The position numbers and the translations under genes were made by a program. From positions 1 through 64,000 of the forward strand of contig MEDX01000003.1 of assembly GCA_001724245.1 (NCBI GenBank): a stretch of DNA of 64,000 nucleotides. Direction: 5' to 3'. The DNA is from Fonticula-like sp. SCN 57-25. Taxonomy: Eukaryota. Positions 59,565-64,000 of this stretch are shown one piece after another. Numbering within the stretch: the first letter of the stretch is position 1; each line of letters begins with the position of its first letter. The notes beneath the pieces were generated by a model, which saw nothing but the letters and a program-made list of their open reading frames with translations, had not been told where the DNA came from and searched no databases.

Positions 59565-61502
59565 ATGAGCGGGATGGAGGGCGAGCCGCAGCCCGAGCTG
59601 GAGGAGCCGACGTTCCGCTCAGAGTCGGTCGAGGTGCGCCGCCTACTGGTATAAAATGACTAGTCTCACGGTATTTGTTTGTGTAGGTGCCAGCTTCCGG
59701 CTACAACAATCTTTTTTCGTATGTCTATGGCCGCTACTGGTTGGGGACGCCGCCGATGCCCGCCGTGACCCCAAACAGCATGCTGTCGGACGCTGCGTCG
59801 ATCTCGTCCACCCTCGAGCCGAGCGCGTCGCAGTTTTCTAACTTTGCTCCTCTCCCCGCTGCCCCCGAGTCTTCCTCTACGGAGGCGCTTCCCGAGCTGC
59901 GCCATGTTTTCGTGCGGTGTGCGCTCCTCTCGTACTGGGATGACCGCGAGGGGCCAAAGATCGAGCGCGTGTGGCGGAGCACCCAGGATGACTCTGACGA
60001 AGACCTGTTGATGTACGTGTCGCGCCACACACTAAACGGCGAGATGATGCGCCCGTCGACAGAGGACATTGAGCCGCGCCTCTACGTCCTCGGCGATCAA
60101 GGTGCGCAGGTCTTAATTGCGCAAGCTCCTCCGGCTAACACTGACCTGCAGGCGTCGCCGTAACCTCCTTTATCTTTTCGGGCTACAGCGGCGCGCAGAC
60201 CTCTGCGCTCACGCTGAGCAAGTACTCTCTGTCAGTGCTTGTCCCGATGCATCTTCTCCAGCCCTACCTCGTTTACTACCCGCTGATCGCCGAGCGGCTC
60301 CCCCGTATCCTCGCGCGGCATCGTGTCGTCCAGAAAAAGGTACAAATTTGTTGTATCCCCGCCGCCGCCGCTGACGCCGCGCCCTTGCCAGCTTGCCGTG
60401 GCGCCCCTTCCTGCCGGCGGCCGTCGCCCGAGCTCGGCGGACCACCTCTCGCGGCCACTGCTCGAGATGCTGTGCTCAATGGAAGAGCTGTACGAGCACC
60501 ACATCCCCGCCGACTACTCGCTCAGCGAGACCATCTTTGGGTCCGAGTATGAAGGGACGTACTCTGACCGGCCGTTCCTGTGGCGCGCCTTTTCGTCGCA
60601 CCTGCAGACGCACTGCCGGACGGTCGTGCTCGGCCACGACCTCCACACAGTCAACATTTTTATCAACTCGCTCGCGCTTCTCATGCCACTCGCGCAGCGC
60701 AAGTGCTCCAGGCGCGCGCGCAAGGACACTTTCCGCAAGAATTTGAATGTTTTCTACCCCGAGGCGTTTGTCCAGGGGCTCATTTTGACGGTACGCGCGG
60801 TAATGTTTCGCGGCGGCGGCGCTAACTGCTTGCTGCAGCCCGACACGGACCGCGCGAGCATCCTGCAGGACATGCACGCGCTAGAGTCGCCCTTCCCGGT
60901 GACCGTCGTGGACCTGACGCGGCAGCTCGTCGAGCAGACCGAGGTGCTCAGCGCGTACTCGCGCACGCGCGACGAGTGCTTCAAGGACGAGCTCCAGAAC
61001 GAGCACACGGCAGAGACCGCCGCCTCCCTCATTGCGTGCGCACTTTTGACATTTATTTATGACGCCACGACTCACGCAGGAGCGCAGCAGCGGTCTGTTC
61101 CGCCCAACAAAAGAGTTTGCGCCCTTTGTGAAGCAGATGATCGCCGAGGCGTACCGCCTGCCGTACGCGCTGCGCAAGCAGCACCTGGCAGAGTCTAGGC
61201 GCATCGTAGAGCGCCGCGCACAGTCGCTCCTGACGCGCGTCGACGAGCACATCCAGTGCGCCCCTTTGCCGCCTATTTCTTTTTTCTGACCACTTCTTTT
61301 CAACAGAGACTCTGCCGCGAGCCGCAATTTGCCGCACACGGTGCTCAAGCGCGTCCGGGCCGAGCTCGGCCTCGACGACAACATTTCGTTCTACATTGTG
61401 CTGGCCGAGGCCGAGCGGATGCGGCCGGGCTCGTTCATGGAGATCCTCGCCGACCCGCACTCGATGGCCGAGAACCTGCGCGAGATGATGGACGGCTTCT
61501 AG
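59565..61502 (+). CDS. C9orf72: C9orf72 homolog (DENN-like)
   Basis: LSYWDDREGPKIERVW, VSRHTLNGEMMR, FLWRAFSSHLQTHCRTVVLG, FVQGL, SPFPVTVVDL and IVLAEAERMRPG match C9orf72 blocks. Confidence 0.92.
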
Positions 61503-61649
61503 ACGCTTTCGGGCAACAGTTTTTATGTGTGTATATTACTGCTGAGTGACAAACAAACAATCTATATTTGGAGCGCAGTGTCTCGGTCAGCGCGGGCGGC
61601 AAAGCACGGCCGCCTGCTACAATGCTCGCAATAAAAGGGGGCGAGAGGC

Positions 61650-62398
61650 TTAGAGGTCGCTGTACGCCAGGGTGCCCGTGGCGTCGCCGCTGCGGAAGCG
61701 CTTGAAGGCAAAGAAGGACGAGGCGCTCCACGCAAAGAACGAAAAGATGGCAAACGCAGCAGCGCCGTTGGTCTTGCCGCTCGTGGCCATGTTGGAGTTG
61801 GCGCCGACGGCATAGGCAATGCCGCCAGCAAACCAAAAGAGCGCAATGATGGCCGAAGTGGCGAGCTCGGCGATGGGCGCCTGGGGGAAACCCCGATGAG
61901 TCAGCATCGTGGCCAAAGCAAGGAAAAAGTCAGCCGTACCTTTGCGAGGAACTGCGGCGGGAGCGTGTGGCCGCGGACGTAAAGAACAATGAAAACAACG
62001 TCAAAAATGATGCTGATGACAGCAGTGAAGACGATGAACGAGTGGAAGCCGAGCTTGAGCACCGAGATGGCAGCCGACGCCGCGCAGCTCACCGCCACAA
62101 TGGCAAAAAAGATCTCAACAAGACGCAGAATAAACTAAAACCACAGTTAAAGTTAGACTTTTAATAAGACGCGCAGAATAGCCTCCCGCGCACCTTCTTG
62201 TCCTTGATCATTGAGGCCGGCGCCTCAGGGGCGCTGTAGGCACCGGGCTGCGGCGCCGACGAGACGCTCTCGGGCATGGCGGCGGGCGGAGGCGCGCTGT
62301 ACTCACCCTCGTACGACTGCAACATGCACGAGTTAACCACTGAAAAGGACTCTGCCTTGCTCGGCAAAAGCGAGCGCGCGTACCTGGAAATCGGCCAT
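61650..62398 (-). CDS. MARVEL-like four-TM protein
   Basis: Micro-exon MADFQ, Pro/Tyr-rich N-terminus, four TM segments including LFWFAGGIAYA and AAAFAIFSFFAW. Confidence 0.75.
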
Positions 62399-62797
62399 TC
62401 TGGAAGCTCTTCTTTCTCACTTCACTGGTGCAGAGTCAAAGGGGAACAAAAACGGCCCGCGCGCTGATCCCTTGATGACCATGATCTCCCTCCACTGACC
62501 ATGGTCAGCGATTGCCCCATGTCCATGATAGGATCGTGACAATGGTCAGCGATTGCTTTCATGGGCATGAAAGTCAGCGTGATCATGATTAGCGATCGCC
62601 TTGCTTTGAGGCAAGCCAGACGACCCCCTCCCCTTCCTTGAACCGTCGGAGGCCCTCAGCCCTCCGTGCCCGCGCGTTTTTTTCCGGTGTTTCTGCCAGC
62701 TACGCGCCTGGGCAGCTTTAGCAGAGGTCAACTCGCTTGGTGAACGCGCGGCGAATTGTTTGCGGCGGCCTGCTGAAAGGTCGATTGTGTGACGAGG

Positions 62798-64000
62798 ATG
62801 GCTGACGTGGAAGCCGACACTGCTGCCGGACTGGATGTCGCGGCGGCTTCCATCCCCGAGTTTGTTAGAAAACTGTTTCGGTACGTCGGGAGGGGTTGCT
62901 TAGGGGGAGATTGTGGCGTGCGTGTTAAAGTGATCTCGGCGCTAACACGCTATTTAATGCGCGCAGCATGCTGGACGATCCCACTTCGTCCGAGGTCGTA
63001 GAGTGGGCAGAGGATGGCGCGTCCTTCATCGTCAAGGACACGAACGAGTTTTCCAAGGAAGTCCTCCCAAAGCATTTTAAGCATAACAACTTTGCTAGCT
63101 TTGTGCGCCAGCTCAACAAGTACGACTTTCACAAGGTGAAGGCGTCGGCGGACGGCACCGGCAAGCGCTACGGCGATTTTGCCTGGGAGTTTAAGCACCC
63201 CAACTTTACGCTGCACAGCATCGACCAGCTGAGCAATATTCGCCGGAAGCCGCCGTCGTCCAAAAAGTCGTTTGGCAAGGAGGAGTCCGAGGGCGTCAAC
63301 ATGATGCAGACGATGACCATGGTCCCCGGCGCCGTCCCGTCGGCCCCCGAGGTCAACCTGCTCAACCTTGGGCAGGCCGATCTCGCCAACTACCTGCAGA
63401 CGCTCTCCAAGAACTACGAGACCGTCGTGCGTGACATGGTCATGGTGAAGCGCAACATGGCGGCGCAGGATCAGCTGATGCAGCACCTCTTGCAGTACCT
63501 CGTCAACCGCGAGACGGGCAGTGCGTCTCTTTGTTTTTTTCTCTGACTGCGCTGACCCTTTTACCGCAGCCGGCGCGATTTCAAATATCAACCTCGCGAG
63601 CCTGCAGTCGGCGTCTGGCTACGGCGACGCGGCCGCGCGCCCGATGTCGCCGCGCCTGACCGCGCCGATGATCCCTTCGCACCTTCAGTCGCCGCAGCAG
63701 GGCGCGCTGGACCCTTCGATGTCGCCCGCCTCCATGCCGTACTCTGGCAACGTTGGCGTGCCGTCGGCGGGCATGCCGATGTCTGCCTTTTCGTCGACGC
63801 CCGCTATGTGGTCTCCCGCCGAGCTGCCGTCGTACGCCGCGTCGGCTTCGTTCGAGTCGATGGGCAACGCGACGTACCCGCAGCTGTCCGAGTCGTCCGT
63901 GAGCGCCATGGAGGAGCTGAGCCGCCGGAGCGGCACGGGCGCCGAGCCGCTCACCGTCACGACGCTGGGCATGCTGCGTCTGCGCGAGACGCCCGCCGAG
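62798..64000 (+). CDS. HSF-type DNA-binding protein, Skn7/Prr1-like; 3' end beyond the window
   Basis: EFVRKLF|MLDDP...LPKHFKHNNFASFVRQLNKYDFHKV...AWEFKHPNF...NIRRK followed by a coiled coil; the KYDFHKV signature resembles fungal Skn7. Confidence 0.9.

Overview
Gene-dense eukaryotic nuclear DNA: about 33 protein-coding genes and 2 tRNA-Ser genes in 64 kb, GC-rich coding sequence, and mostly ~45-70 nt GT-AG introns with GTRCGY donors and CTRAC/CTCAC branch points. I found no transposon, viral insertion or CRISPR array. The genes are mainly housekeeping (importin-5, acetyl-CoA synthetase, XPC, RIX1, IPI1, RPS3, HSP90, RPA1, BUD13, MED11, CENP-L, PPCDC). They mix genes typical of animals (Neverland/DAF-36 Rieske sterol desaturase, ARID4, C9orf72, TM2D2, NR2C2AP, membrane-anchored EPHX1) with a fungal Skn7-like HSF domain. 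That mix suggests a unicellular early-branching opisthokont such as a nucleariid or zoosporic fungus (inference, not tested). Most interesting points: (1) an orphan gene with a C-terminal AP2-like beta-sheet/helix domain, a candidate new transcription factor; (2) a Neverland + START + SDR9C-type set resembling the entry steps of animal steroid synthesis; (3) recurrent promoter words (GCAGTTTGCA, TGACCAAA/GGTCAGCG, E2F/CHR/MCB-like) in very small bidirectional promoters, one only 27 bp between ATGs; (4) an unusually long, structured RPS3 intron; (5) an anoctamin with a 10-Cys extracellular insert; (6) tRNA genes with genomic CCA. All gene models were spliced and identified by eye, without database searches.
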